From: Octopus sinensis
Lineage: Eukaryota
Direction of reading: 5' to 3'
Length of the DNA stretch: 64,000 nucleotides
NCBI RefSeq assembly: GCF_006345805.1
Contig: NC_043002.1
Span: forward strand, 84,444,001-84,508,000
In this document: in pieces, positions 27,676 to 40,389 of the stretch
Layout of the letters: every line of letters begins with the position of its first letter
How positions within the stretch are numbered: position 1 is the stretch's first letter
Position numbers and translations under genes: made by a program
Notes under the pieces: generated by a model
The model's database searches: none
Seen by the model: the letters and a program-made list of their open reading frames with translations, nothing else
What the model was told of the DNA's origin: nothing

Positions 27676-28678
27676 GTGAGTCAGACTTTTTAAACTTCAC
27701 TGTTAATAAAGATTTGTTGATGCTATAATTTTTAGGGTTAATTTTTACTGTCTGAAATTAACTGCTCCTGATAAACAACTATCTCAACTACATACTGTAA
27801 ATATTTGTGCTGATAGGATTGGCTTTGAGAGTATGCAATGGAAGTTATTCATTGGGTTGGTGATATTCTGTTGGTGTGTTTATTAATGAAGAAAATCCTG
27901 CTTAGATAAGATTTCTATTTGCAAGGCTATGTGTTTAACTCTTTCATTACTATATTTCTAACCAAAATACACCCCTTTTATGTTTCATTTAAGTTCTAAA
28001 ATAATTGTAAATTTAGACTGGTTTCATAAACTAACTCTTTTTTTTATTAATCAACATAATGTGATTTTTGGAACATAGTTTAACAAAAGGTTCTTAACTG
28101 AATCTATTTTGTAATTTTTGTCTTAAAGTGAATCTAATTACAGGTAAATTCAATAAAATATAAAATTATTTAAATTTTGCTTAACCTTTTAGCATTCAGA
28201 TTTCTTTATCAAATGTAATGCTTATTTATTCACAATGTTTTGAATCAATCATGCATTATCTCAAAGCATCGATATTTTGATGATATGATCGATTGTTTTT
28301 AGAATGACATTGTAGGGTAGGTGTGAAAGGTTGGATCTTGTTGGTTCTAACATAAAACAGGCAGAATATTTGTATTGGACATGGCTGAATTAAACATCAA
28401 CATAGAAAATGTGTTTGAGAACAAAATTTTTAGCAGCATTTCTTCTGTCTTTTTATGTTCTGAGTTAAAATGCCACCAAGGTTGACTTTGCAATTCATCC
28501 TTTCAGAGTTGATAAAATAAGTATCTCTCAAGTACTGGGGTTGATGTAATCAGCTTCCTCCCTCCCTTCAGAATTTCTGATTTTGTGCCAAAATGAGAAA
28601 GAATTTTTTATCCAACCTTCTTGACTGACTGATATCAAACAGATCTCTTCTCTAATTAAATGCCTTAGTAAACTTGTA

Positions 28679-28895
28679 CAATGGGGTGCTGAAAAGTTCC
28701 TGGCTTTAAGGGTATCACAAAAGGCCTGGTTGGAGGCTCAACCTTCTGAGTTCTTTTACAGGGCTCAGAAAAACTGAAGGACTACTGGAATAGATGTGTG
28801 AATCTGAGAGGGGAATGTGTTAATTAAAATCATAATAAACTGATCCTCTTGCATTTTCTTTTACCCAAAGCCAGGAACTTTTCAGTAGCCCCTCA
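28679..28895. mobile_element. Mariner-type MITE
   Basis: TIRs ggggtgctgaaaagttcctggcttt / aaagccaggaacttttcagtagcccc, TA-flanked. Confidence 0.75.
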
Positions 28896-29087
28896 TACAT
28901 ATTTCCAGTTACCTTTCTCTTTTGTGTGATTGCTTCTTTGTAACTTTTCTTGACAAGTTCATCTAAAGCAAGTCAAATAAGTTTGGAAAATTGGTTGTAG
29001 TTTTAATATCATTAATCTTGTAATTAGTTTGTTTTTTTTTAAAATTAATTTTCCTACTTGTTTAATTTTGTCATTGTTATACCCCAG

Positions 29088-29493
29088 GTATCCACAGTGT
29101 CTGCACTTCCTGGAGCTGTTGCAGTATGAACATTTTCGTAAAGAACTGGTGAACTTGCAGTGTGCAAAGTTTATTGATGAGCAACAACTGCTGCACTGGC
29201 AGCACTATCAGCGCAAAAGAATGGCACTGTTGCAGGCGCAGTCTGAATTGGCAACATCTCAGCAACAACAGCAGCAACAACAACAGCAACAACAGCAGCT
29301 TCAACAGACAGGTGCAACTGGTGGTGGCCCCGGTGGGGTGGGAATTCAGTCTGTACAAGGAGGTGGTGTAGGTGCTGGTGTCACCGCTAGCTCCCAACCA
29401 CAGCAGATGGGTGGTGCTGCAGCAGTTTCATGCCAACCAACCCTCACTACACAGACTGGTTCACTACAACAAATCACTCAGAAAGACAAATGA
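29088..29493 (+). CDS. MED31: Mediator subunit 31, terminal coding exon with polyQ/Gly-rich extension
   Basis: Acceptor cccag; YPQCLHFLELLQYEHFRKELVNLQCAKFIDEQQLLHWQHYQRKR; the four exons sum to 621 nt (206 aa plus stop). Confidence 0.97.
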
Positions 29494-30288
29494 ATTGAAT
29501 CATTAAAAAAAATTTTTTTTCCTTCGCCTTCACCACATCTTGTTATTTTTTAACATTGTTTTTAATTTAAGCATTTTTTAAAAAAATTTTCTATTTGAAT
29601 ATGTAAGTTTAGATAGGTTTCCTACAAAGGTAAGGAGGATACTATAAACATTAGACATCTAAGTGTGAAAATTGTTGAAACCCCAACTTCGAAATTAGAT
29701 TACTTCAATTTTATGCTGGTCTTAAAGGGAGGAAAACTATACAGAGGTTAACACTGTATGAGACTATCTAATCATGTAGTTTTGTTCAAAGTAACCTTTG
29801 AGGGAACCTCTATACCAGCAACCATCAACTTATTTTCATAACAGCCCACTTTTAATTTTTTTCCACATTAGTCCATGCCTCATCATCATCGTTTAACGTC
29901 CGTTTTCCATGCTAGCATGGGTTGGACAGTTCAACTGGGGTCTGGGAAGCCAGAAGGCTGTGCCAGGCCCAGTCTGATCTGGCAGTGTTTCTACAGCTGG
30001 ATGCCCTTCCTAACGCCAACCACTCCGTGAGCCTCACATGTATATATATCATCTTATAACAATATACCTCTATATTACTCCATCCTTCATTCCCATAATT
30101 GCCATGCTTCTTCTGTGAGCATAAATTAATCATGTCACAACCATCATTTAACATCTATTTTTCATACTGACATGCATTAGGTAGCTTGGCTGATACTGGT
30201 AAGCCGAAGAACTGCACCAGGCTCCAGTCATCTGTTTTGGCTTGGTTTCTGTGCTGGATGCCTTCCTAATGCCAACCACTTCAATGAG

Positions 30289-30790
30289 TACCATAAATCC
30301 TCAAGTATAGTCTGCCCTTGAGTATAATACACAGGGGATTTTTAGGGGGCTGTACCTCTGAAAAACCTAAACCTTGTGTATAATATGCACCCCTTCTCTA
30401 AATTGAGTCAAGGAGGTCTATATAATGTCCTTGGTTTGTAAAAATGTATACGGTAACGTACTTTATTATTATTGTTTATATAACATAATGCAAACGTGTA
30501 GCATTTTTGTGCATTTTATTTGCAGAAAATAAAAAAATAACAGTAATAAGGTTTAATAAATGTTGCTTACTGCAAGTTATGGATGATTCTTTTATGACTT
30601 CATTGCTTTCAGACTTAGCTTAAGGTATTTTTGTGCCCAACATCACAAAATACGTCTGAAGAAACATTGCTGGACAGCAAATAGAGACTTGAACATTGCT
30701 TAGAAAATAATTTTCGTTTTTAACCTCGTGTATAATACGCACTAGGGATTTTGGGGAAAAAATGCGGATTATACTCGAGGATTTACGGTA
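30289..30790. mobile_element. pogo/Tc1-type MITE, copy 1
   Basis: TIRs ta-ccataaatcctcaagtata / tatactcgaggatttacgg-ta; second close copy at 35327-35827. Confidence 0.8.
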
Positions 30791-31903
30791 AGCTGGGTTT
30801 ATTTTACAGGTCACTGACAATAGACTATCAACTGCTCAATGTACTACAAACATTTTAAATTTGAAAATTGTTTTGTAAAGGTTCTGCCTACAGCGAGTAC
30901 TTCAGTGTTCCACTCATGGACCATAGCCCACCTTTTGCTGACCCATTCTATACTGTTGTTTGACTTGCTGACAGTAACAGGTAAATCTCTCAAATTACAC
31001 CCTGCTCTCTTTAAAAAGCCATAAATGAATTTGAGAATATAGCTCTTGGTGCACAAAAGGACAGGATGGTCATGGCTAGAATACCTTTGATCAAAGATCT
31101 GTTTAATCAGAGTTGATGTCTAAATTACACAACTGTTGTGTCAACGGCTAAGGTTGATATGAGTTGTAAATGTTTTATGACATTAAATACTGTTGTGATA
31201 GCAATATATATTTCTAGTTATTGTACTGTGTGCTTTTTATGTGGTGTCAGCACCAATGCTTTTAACATGGCATCAACATGTAAAAAGTACTGGTGATAGT
31301 GCCACATTAAAAGTACACTAACATCAGTTGCCAGTGAGTACATCCTACTGACACCTCAAAAAGCAGAAATGTGCATCCAGAATTCTTATCACTGCTGATG
31401 GATGATTTTCTTCTGCTACTGATAAATTTATTTAACATAGTGTGTTCATAAGAAATATTATCTCTGGATGAACACCACAGTTAATTTGGCTTTTTGTGAT
31501 GTGATTTGCATTATGTATGATACACAGATAGATATAAATGATGAATTATTTCTAATAACATTCAATACAGTTGGATGATATATAGCCAGGCTTAGCTTCA
31601 TCAGTATAGTCATAAAAATTCATTATATTCCTATAAGGGTAGTGAACTGGCAGAATCATTCACACCTTGGGCAAAATGGTTAGCTGCATTTCTTTCAGCT
31701 CTTTACACTCTTTGTTCAAATTCTTCTGAGATTAAATTTGTCTTTTGATCTTTTTGATGGTCATTAGAATAAGTACTATTTAAGCACTGGGGTCAATGTA
31801 AAACTGGTCTTATGCCAGAATTTGAAATTATAAGTTGTATATTTAGGTTGTCTTCATTGTAAATCTTTTTAAAACGTTATTTTCACTTCAAATGCTTCAC
31901 TCT

Positions 31904-32296
31904 GTAAAGTATAATAGCCATCACAATATGGCTAACCACAAAGGGGGGTGTTACTGTAGCTTTTTAGCCCCAGGATATCATCGTCTCCAGCTCCTTATGG
32001 TATTTGCAAAGGGAGGCCATCCCTTTCTTGTAAGCCTAAGTGATACGCACCGGTCCGCGGTTTCGAGGTTATTGCCTCTTATCAATGGGCGGTAATCACC
32101 GGATCACGATGAAAGAGAAAGCCTGTATGCAAATATATGAGTTTTTCTAGTGACTTCCTGCCACTGAATTTCGAAAAACTGTCTGCAAGCATTATTAAAT
32201 CTCAGAATGAGCCCTTTGTGGTTAGCCATATTGAGATGGCTATTATACTTTACATTGTCGAGCGGTTACTGTTTACATCTCATTCTGAGATTTAAT
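31904..32296. mobile_element. Non-autonomous Penelope-like element: inverted arms, tail extension, 13-bp TSD, degenerate hammerhead
   Basis: Arms about 31904-31945 and 32213-32253; TSD aatgcttcactct (31891-31903, 32297-32309); minus-strand TTGATAA-GAGG-caataa-CCTC-GAAA-CCGCGG at 32046-32091. Confidence 0.65.
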
Positions 32297-33196
32297 AATG
32301 CTTCACTCTCTTTTGACAAAAAAAAGGAACTATTTAGTCAACATATTACATTTAGGAGAAATAAACTAAGAGTTGACAAGAAAAACTCAAATACATGATG
32401 CTGGTCATAAGGTATGGAATAAAAAAAAAACAAATCATAAATCGATATTAGGATTCAATGTACATCCAGCCCACCTATAGGAAGCAAGAACACTGAAAAA
32501 ATGGATTACATCAAGAGAAAGGTCAAAAATACTATATTTTTCGTGCCACTAAAATGAAACCTTATGTGAAAAGATTTCTCACTCTGGTTTCAGGATAACA
32601 CCCATTTGTTAGTGTATATTCCTATGTTTCACTTTGAACCTGTAATGACATCACAATGAGCACATGGTTATAAAAGCTCTGCCTGAAGCAGTAATCATTT
32701 TTATTATGTACATTCATCAGACAGCTGAATGCATGCCTCTGTGCCCTGGGTAAATGCTATTTTTATGTTGTATATATATAAGCTCTGGTCTTAGATTATT
32801 TGTCAGCATGTTATTTTCTAATTATTCTTAGGGCATCTATTATAGTGATCATTTCTGTTTTCAAGTCCCACATTCTGGTTATCTCTATTTCCAGATCTTT
32901 ATATATATTTGGATAGATTCTCCATTTTCTTTAGAGATACATTTTTGTCTTTATGAACTGATACATCGATCAAGGGGGCACTTATGTTGATAATCCTCAA
33001 TATCCAGTTGATTTGCCCTGATCTTCCTATCTGTAAATTGGCATATCCCAAATTAAGGTCAGTTTGTCATTCCCTGATACTTTTTGAGGCATGTGCATAT
33101 ACTGTCTCTTTTCAGTGAGTATTTTATAATACTGATCTAGTTTCAAGTTTATGAAATGTCTAACTCCCTTCCTCTCCTCTCTATATCTATCTACAC

Positions 33197-33397
33197 CAGT
33201 GGTTTTCAACCAGGGTTCCGCCAGTACAGTGCAGGGGTTCCGCAAGAAGTTACAAAACTGCTAAAATCGGCAGTAATTTTTAATTCTCCTGTGCAGATAT
33301 GTGTTCATAAGACTATTAAATTATTGCACAGGGGTTCCTCGAGCCAGTGGAATGTTTCCTTGGGGTTCCGCTCCAGCAAAAGGTTTGAAAAGCACTG
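33197..33397. mobile_element. hAT MITE
   Basis: TIRs cagtggttttcaa / ttgaaaagcactg; perfect 8-bp TSD atctacac. Confidence 0.88.
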
Positions 33398-33436
33398 ATC
33401 TACACACACACATATTATACAGAAATGGAGGTATGG

Positions 33437-33517
33437 TTCACTACAGCTGTTTCAGATGTGTTTTTTATTGATGAATAATTTGATTACATCATGAAAAAAA
33501 CATTTTCTTCAGGTGAA
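33437..33517 (-). ncRNA. Type-I hammerhead ribozyme motif with intact core
   Basis: Minus strand TTCAC-CTGAAGA-(AAATGTTTTTT...AAAAAACACATCT)-GAAA-CAGCTG-TA-GTGAA: stem I TTCAC/GTGAA, palindromic stem III ACAGCTGT, GUA triplet. Confidence 0.72.
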
Positions 33518-33684
33518 TTAAAATTTAAAATTTGGTTTTGGAGAAAAATACATATGTATGGAATATGGATTGACTCTCGCATTTCAGCTGCAAATGAGAG
33601 TGAAAATATACTCATTTCAAATGTCTTTTTCTCATAAAACAATCAACAGACAATGCTACATTAAATTATTTCTTTAAATAGATG

Positions 33685-34179
33685 TTGTTGTATTTAGGAA
33701 TGGTCATTTTTGCCAGTTTAGCCAATAAAAACACACTCACTATACATTTGGTGTTACTTTGCTTCAGCGTTATTTATTTTTTACATTAATCTTAATCTTA
33801 TTTTGGCCAGAGTTCTTTCGTCACACTCCTGTGACCGCATCAGTGGTCCTTTGCTTTCTTCTTTCTTATTTGTAGGTCTCTCCTTACTAACGGTCAGCCA
33901 TTTTGTATTTCTATTGTATGTGTCTTCATTTGCGCGTGCGTATATCTCTGTGTGTCTTTGTTTAGTTAGTGTGTGTGTGTGTGTGTGGGGAAATGCCTGT
34001 AATATTTGTATCTCCTGTTTATATATGTTCGTGTTATTTGTTTTTGTTTTTGTTTATTTTTATTTTGTTCATGTGTTTACACCTACTTTATTGGCTAAAC
34101 TGGCAAAATGACCATTCCTAAATACAACAATATCTGTTTCAACACACGATTTCACATCAAAAATCTTGCAAAACAAATA
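33685..34179. mobile_element. Non-autonomous Penelope-like element: inverted arms, tail, 12-bp TSD, hammerhead-like motif
   Basis: Arms about 33685-33730 and 34087-34131; TSD tttaaatagatg (33673-33684, 34180-34191); minus-strand CCA-CTGATGC-G-GTCAC-aggagt-GTGAC-GAAA-GAACTC-TGG at 33807-33846. Confidence 0.65.
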
Positions 34180-35326
34180 TTTAAATAGATGGCCATAGAT
34201 AAAAGATAAGAGGAAGGCAGAGTGAAAAAATAGGTAAGAGATGCTTGACTAACAGTTATCAGCTTGTGTAGTGAAGGTAGATGTCTTGGCGATAAAAGAT
34301 GTATTACAGCTGATCTACAGACCATCAAACAAAAGCCTTTTATTGGTGGCAGGACATCTATCTTCACTACATAAGTTGATAACCATTAGTCTGGCCTCTC
34401 TTCACATCTCTCTATTTCTTTCTCTCTGTTTACCTCTTATCCTTTATCAATGACCATCTATTTAAAGAAATAATTTAGTGTAATGTTATCTGTTGATTGT
34501 TTTATGACCTGGGTGTGCCAGTGATATGTAAAAGACACCCAGTACACTCTGTAGATTGGTTGGCTGGAAATACAAAAGGCATCCAGCTGAAGAAACCAAG
34601 CCAAAATAGACTGGAGCCTGGTATAGCTCTCTGGCCTACCACCTCCAGCCAAACCATCTAACCCATGCCAGCATAGAAAACAGGCATTAAATGATGATAT
34701 TGATGATTCACATCAACCATTACAACCAGTTGGTTCTTCAGTTTGAGGAGCTGCAATAAACTACAATCTCATTAACTGTAATTAATAATACATTGTTTGA
34801 TATTTGTGTGCTATTGGGAAGACTTTTTAGCTGTGGTTATGAAAAAAACAGATCCATAGCTTTACAATTGCAAAATGCTAACATCGTCATAGGTGTAGGA
34901 GTGGCAGTGTGGTAAGAAGTCTGCTTCCCAACCATGTGGCTCCGGGTTCAGTCTCACTGTGTGGCATCTTGGGCAAGTGTCTCCTACTATAGCCTTGGGC
35001 TGACCAAAGCCTTGTGAGTGGATTTGGGAGATGGAAACTGAAAGAAGCCCATCATATATATATATCTCGCCTGGCCCCTGTGCCGGTGGCATGTAAAAAG
35101 CACCATGTGGCCGTTTGCCAGCCCCGCCTTGCACCTGTGCCGGTGGCACGTAAAAAGCACCCACTACACTCACGGAGTGGTTGGCGTTAGGAAGGGCATC
35201 CAGCCGTAGAAACATTGCCAGATCAGACTGGGCCTGGTGCAGCCTTCTGGCTTCCCAGATCCCAGTTGAACCGTCCAACCCACGCTAGCATGGAAAGCGG
35301 ATGCTAAATGATGATGATGATGATAT

Positions 35327-35827
35327 ATACCGTAAATCCTAGAGTATAATACGCAGGGGATCTTTAGGAGGCTGTACCTCTGAAAGACCTAAAACTTGTG
35401 TATAATATGCACCCCTCCTCTAACTTAAGTTAAGGAGGTCTATATAACGTCCTTGGTTTGTAAAAATGTATACGGTAACGTCCTTTATTTTTATTGTACA
35501 TATAACATAATGCAAACGTGTAGCTTTTTGAGCATTTTGTTTGCAGAGAATAAAGAAATAACAGTAATAACGTTTAATAAATGTTGCTTACTGCAAGTTA
35601 TGGATGATTCTTTTATGACTTCATTGCTTTCAGGCTTAGCTTAAGGTATTTTTGTGTCCGACATCACAAAATGCGTCTGAATAAACATTGCTGGACAGCA
35701 AATAGAGACTCGGACATTGCTTAGAAAATATTTTTCATTTTTAACCTCGTATATAGTACGCACTAGGGAGTTTTTGACCTTTAAATTTTGGGAAAAAAAT
35801 ACGGATTATACTCGAGGATTTACGGTA
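35327..35827. mobile_element. pogo/Tc1-type MITE, copy 2
   Basis: taccgtaaatcct ... aggatttacggta; inserted in a TA run. Confidence 0.8.
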
Positions 35828-35829
35828 TG

Positions 35830-35860
<31 letters not shown>

Positions 35861-36653
35861 ATGTATGTATTTGTGTGCTTGTCCCCCCACCACCACCATG
35901 GCTTGACAACCAATGTTGATGTGTGTATGTCTCCATAACTTAGTGGTTCGGCAAAAGAGACCGATAGAATATGTACTAGGTTTACAAAGAATAAGTCCTG
36001 GGGGAGAATTGTTTGACTAAAGGTGGTGCTCCAGCATGGCCACAGTCAAATGACTGAAACAAGTAAAAGAATAAAAGAATCACAAAATATTTTTTTCTTC
36101 TTTTTTTTTATGGATATATCATTGAAATCTAGCCCCACTGGGCTGGATGGCTTGGCCTTAACTCTTTAGCATTCAGATTACTCTGTCAAGTGTAATGCTT
36201 ATTTATTCACGATGTGTGGAATTAATCATGCATTATCTCATCACTTCAGGATTTAAATGATGTCAGTGTTTACTTTTAAAATGACATTGCAGGATAAGAT
36301 GTGAAAGGCTGGCTCTAGTCAGTCTGAACATAATACAGGTTGAATATTTGGGGCTGGATTTGGACAACTTAAATGCTAAAGAGTTAGAATAACAAGCTGA
36401 AAATGATGCTGTTTTTATTGTTTCAGTATCTAGTTTAAGAAATATTGCCAATGACTTGAAATTTACTAGATGTATCATGAAAACATAAAAAAGTAAAAAG
36501 TCAGTGTACTATATTTAATGTTCTTAATTTATCCACACTTCTGGATTATATTTCCTGTGGTCTCAACCACCTAATTCTTTTCTGCACACAATAGCCTTGG
36601 GCTGACCAAAGGCTTGTGGGTGGATTTAATAGATGGAAACTGAAAGAAGCCTG

Positions 36654-36690
<37 letters not shown>

Positions 36691-37676
36691 TGTGTGTCTT
36701 TGTGCATATGTTTGTCCACCACCACCACTTGACAACTGGTGTTGGTGTGTTTACATCCCTGTAACTTGGCAGTTTAGCAAAAGAGACCAGTAGAATAAGT
36801 ACCAGGCCTTACACACACACAAAAAAAAAATCATAAGTATTGGAGTCAATAAGTTCGACTAAAATTCTTCAGGGTAGTACCCCAGCATGGCCACAGTCTA
36901 AAGATAAAAGTATATACAAACTATTGAGATTGAATGCTACTTTAAAATATTGCCCACCTCAAATCATTTAATATAAGAGCTGGTTATTAGCACTTCTTTT
37001 AATTTGTAATTAAACTGGCTATTAAACAATTTCTACAATAGCATAAAAAAAAATTATTGGAGCCTAACTGTTTTATTAATACTTCACTAATTTATCACAA
37101 AGAATTATACTGACTGACCTGACTAATTGTTTTGAATGACCACTGAGATTCTAATAAACAGGAAATGACTTTTGTGGCTACAGTTTTTAATCTGATTTGT
37201 GAATCATGTAGAGAATATATGTATTGTGTGACACCAGAGTAGAATATTGTGTGTTAGTAAAAGAATATTTCTGCAAAAAAATAATAAAAAAAAACTTATT
37301 TAAATACAACTAAAAACTACATAAGATAGCACTCCCGTCTAAAGTAATTCCTGTTAATTTTTTGATAAGAATATATAATGAAACCTCAATACTTGAAGAA
37401 AACTTAGTAATGTATATTTGCTCATTTGACAGATTAGATTTTTGCTAAAATGAAATAGCTGATAGTGAAATAGTATCCACATTGAAGTTGCATTGTATCA
37501 ATTGCGCAAACCTTGTAAAGAATGTGTTTGTTCCACATTGATGAATATTTGGTTTCTGATGCAAAAACTAGAAAATTTAGTTGTCTTCTAGTATAAGAAT
37601 CCAGTGACACTACATTTCTAGTAACTTTTAGGAATAAATACAAGTCAGTATATATATATATATTTTGCTCAATAAA

Positions 37677-39916
37677 GAGAGAGAGTCTGCTGAATGTCGA
37701 CCCAACAGAACGACCAGCTATCCGAATTGACAGTACCTTGGTAGATAAAGCAATTAAGAGTATGAAGATAGGGAAAGCCCCTGGTCCATCAGGAATCACT
37801 GCAGAGATGCTCAAGATATCTGGCGGTGTTGGCTATAGCCTAGTCAACCAGGTGATACATGAAGGAGTCATGCCCAATGACTGGTGTAGCAGTACAATAG
37901 CCAACTGCTATAAAGGTAATGGTGACGCTGTAGATACAAATAATTACAGGGGTATCAAGTTATTGGATCAGGTAATGAAGGTCACGGAGCCCAATTAGGG
38001 AGAGAGTCAGTTTAGATGAGATGCAGTTTGGGTTTGTGCCAGGGAAAAGCACCACTGATGCTATATTTCTGGTAAGACAGCTGCAGGAGAAATACCTAGC
38101 CAAAGATAAATCTCTGTACTTGGCTTTTGTTGACATGGAGAAAGCCTTTGATAGGGTTTCCCAATCCCTTATCTGGTGATCAATGAGGAAACTAGGGATA
38201 GATGAATGGTTAGTGAGAGCTGTGCAAGCCATGTACAGGGACGCTGTCAGTAAGGTGAGGGTTGGCAACGAGTACAGTGAAGAATTCCGAGTAGAGGTAG
38301 GGGTCCACCAAGGTTCAGTCCTCAGCCCCCTCCTATTTATCATAGTCCTCCAAGCAATAACAGAGGAATTCAAGACAGGATGCCCCTGGGAGCTCCTCTA
38401 TGCTGATGACCTTGCTCTAATTGCTGAGTCACTATCAGAACTAGAGGAGAAGTTTCAGGCGTGGAAGCAAGGATTAGAATCAAAGGGCCTTAGAGTCAAC
38501 CTAGCTAAAACCAAAGTCCTAATAAGTAGGAAGGCAGACAAACCACAAATCCCTTCAGGTAGATGGCCCTGCTTGATCCGTAGAAAAGGCATAGGTACAA
38601 ACTCTATAAGATGTGCCCAGTGTAAGCTATGGACACATAAGAGGTACAGCAATATCAAAGGAAGGCTAACTGGGAAGATAGTTTTTGTAAAAGGAAGATG
38701 CTCAGGAGCAATAAATACTGGAAATGTGCAGAGGAAAACTTCTGCCATATTCCAGGGAGAAAAACTAGTAGTTGATAGCTTCCATTACCTAGGTGACCAA
38801 GTCAGTAGCGAGTGACAGGATGCACTGAAAGTGTAGCTGCTAGAATAAGAATAGCCTGGGCAAAGTTCAGAGAGCTCTTACCTCTGGTGGTGACAAAAGG
38901 CCTCTTGCTCAGAGTAAAAGGTAGACTGTACAATGCATGTGTACGGACAGCTATGCTACATGGCAGTGAAACATGGGCCATGACTGCTGAGGACATGCAT
39001 AAGCTTGCAAGGAATTAAGCCAGTATGCTCCACTAGATGTGTAATGTCAGTGTGCATCCTCGACAGAGTGTAAGTACCTTGAGAGAACAGTTGGACCTAA
39101 GAAGCATCATGTGTAAGAGAGACGACTGCGCTGTATGGTCATGTGGTGAGAATGGATGAGGATAGCTGTGTGAAAGAGTGCCACACCCTAGCAGTTGAGG
39201 GAACCTGTGGAAGAGGTAGACCTAGGAAGATCTGGGATGAGGTGGTGAAGCACGACCATTGAACTTTAGGCCTCACGAGGCAATGACTAGTGACTGAGAC
39301 CTTTGGAAATATGCTGTGCTTGAGAAGACCTGGCAAGCCAAGTGAGACCATAACCCATGGCCTATGCCAGGGGTGTAACCAGCCCACTTATGAGTACCTT
39401 TCCTTCATTGGATACTAAACTCTGCTTGTGAAGACCTGTTGAGGCAAGTGAAATCAAAATCAAATTCGATGACTGGCATCCATGCTAGTGAAGTGCTAAG
39501 AGCACCATTCGAGCGTGATCATTGCCAGAGCAGCTGACTGGCTTCTGTGCCAGTGGTACGAAAAAAGCACCATTCGAGCATGATCATTACCAGCATTGCC
39601 TTAATGGCACGAGAAAAAATATTTGAGCAAGGTCGTTGCCAGTGCCACCGGACTGGCTCCTGTGCAGGTGGCATGTAAAAAACACCATTTGAGTGTGGCC
39701 GTTGCCAGTACTGCCAGACTGGCCCTTGTGCCGGTGGTATGTAAAAGCACCCACTACATTCTCGGAGTGGTTGGCGTTAAGAAGGTCATTCAGCCGTAGA
39801 AACTCTGTCAGATGAGATTGGGGCCTGGTGCAGCCATCTAGTTTGCCTGTCCTCAGTCAAATCGTCCAACCCATGCCAGCTTGGAAAGCTGACGTTAAAC
39901 AATGATGATGATGATG
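37677..39916 (+). mobile_element. 5'-truncated, decayed RTE-clade LINE (RT, 3' UTR, (GAT)n tail)
   Basis: KAPGPSGI, YRGIKLL, AFVDMEKAFD, GVHQGSVLSPLLF, LLYADD, GRGRPRK; several stops and frameshifts. Confidence 0.93.
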
Positions 39917-39966
39917 ATATATATGGATCAAAACAGTTTGATTCAAATTTGTTGGTACTCTTGAGG

Positions 39967-40389
39967 CAAAGTGGCTGAGTTCCTTTTGAGTGTTGGGCCT
40001 CACAGAGGGAAGGTAGCTGAGTTCCTTTCGAGCATTGAGTCTCATGGAGGAAAAGTGGCTGAGTTCCTTTTGAGCATTGGGCTTGATGGAGGCAAAGAGG
40101 CTGAGTTCCTTTTGAGTATTGGGCCTGATGGAGGCAAAGAGGCTGAGTTCCTTTTGAGTATTGGGCCTGATGGAGGCAAAGAGGCTGAGTTCCTTTTGAG
40201 TATTGGTCCTCATGGAGGCAAAGTGGCTGTGTTCCTTTTGAGCATTGGGCCTGATGGAGGCAAAGAGGCTGAGTTCCTTTTGAATATTGGTCCTCATGGA
40301 GGCAAAGTGGCTGTGTTCCTCTGGAGTGTTGGGCCTGATGGAGGCAAGGTGGCTGAGTTCCTTTCGAGTGTTGGGCCTCATGGAGGCAA
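39967..40389 (+). repeat. 39-bp minisatellite, about 11 copies
   Basis: Unit approximately ggcaaagaggctgagttccttttgagtattgggcctgatgga; runs into an RTE ORF-end and 3' UTR sequence (40390-40645). Confidence 0.9.
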
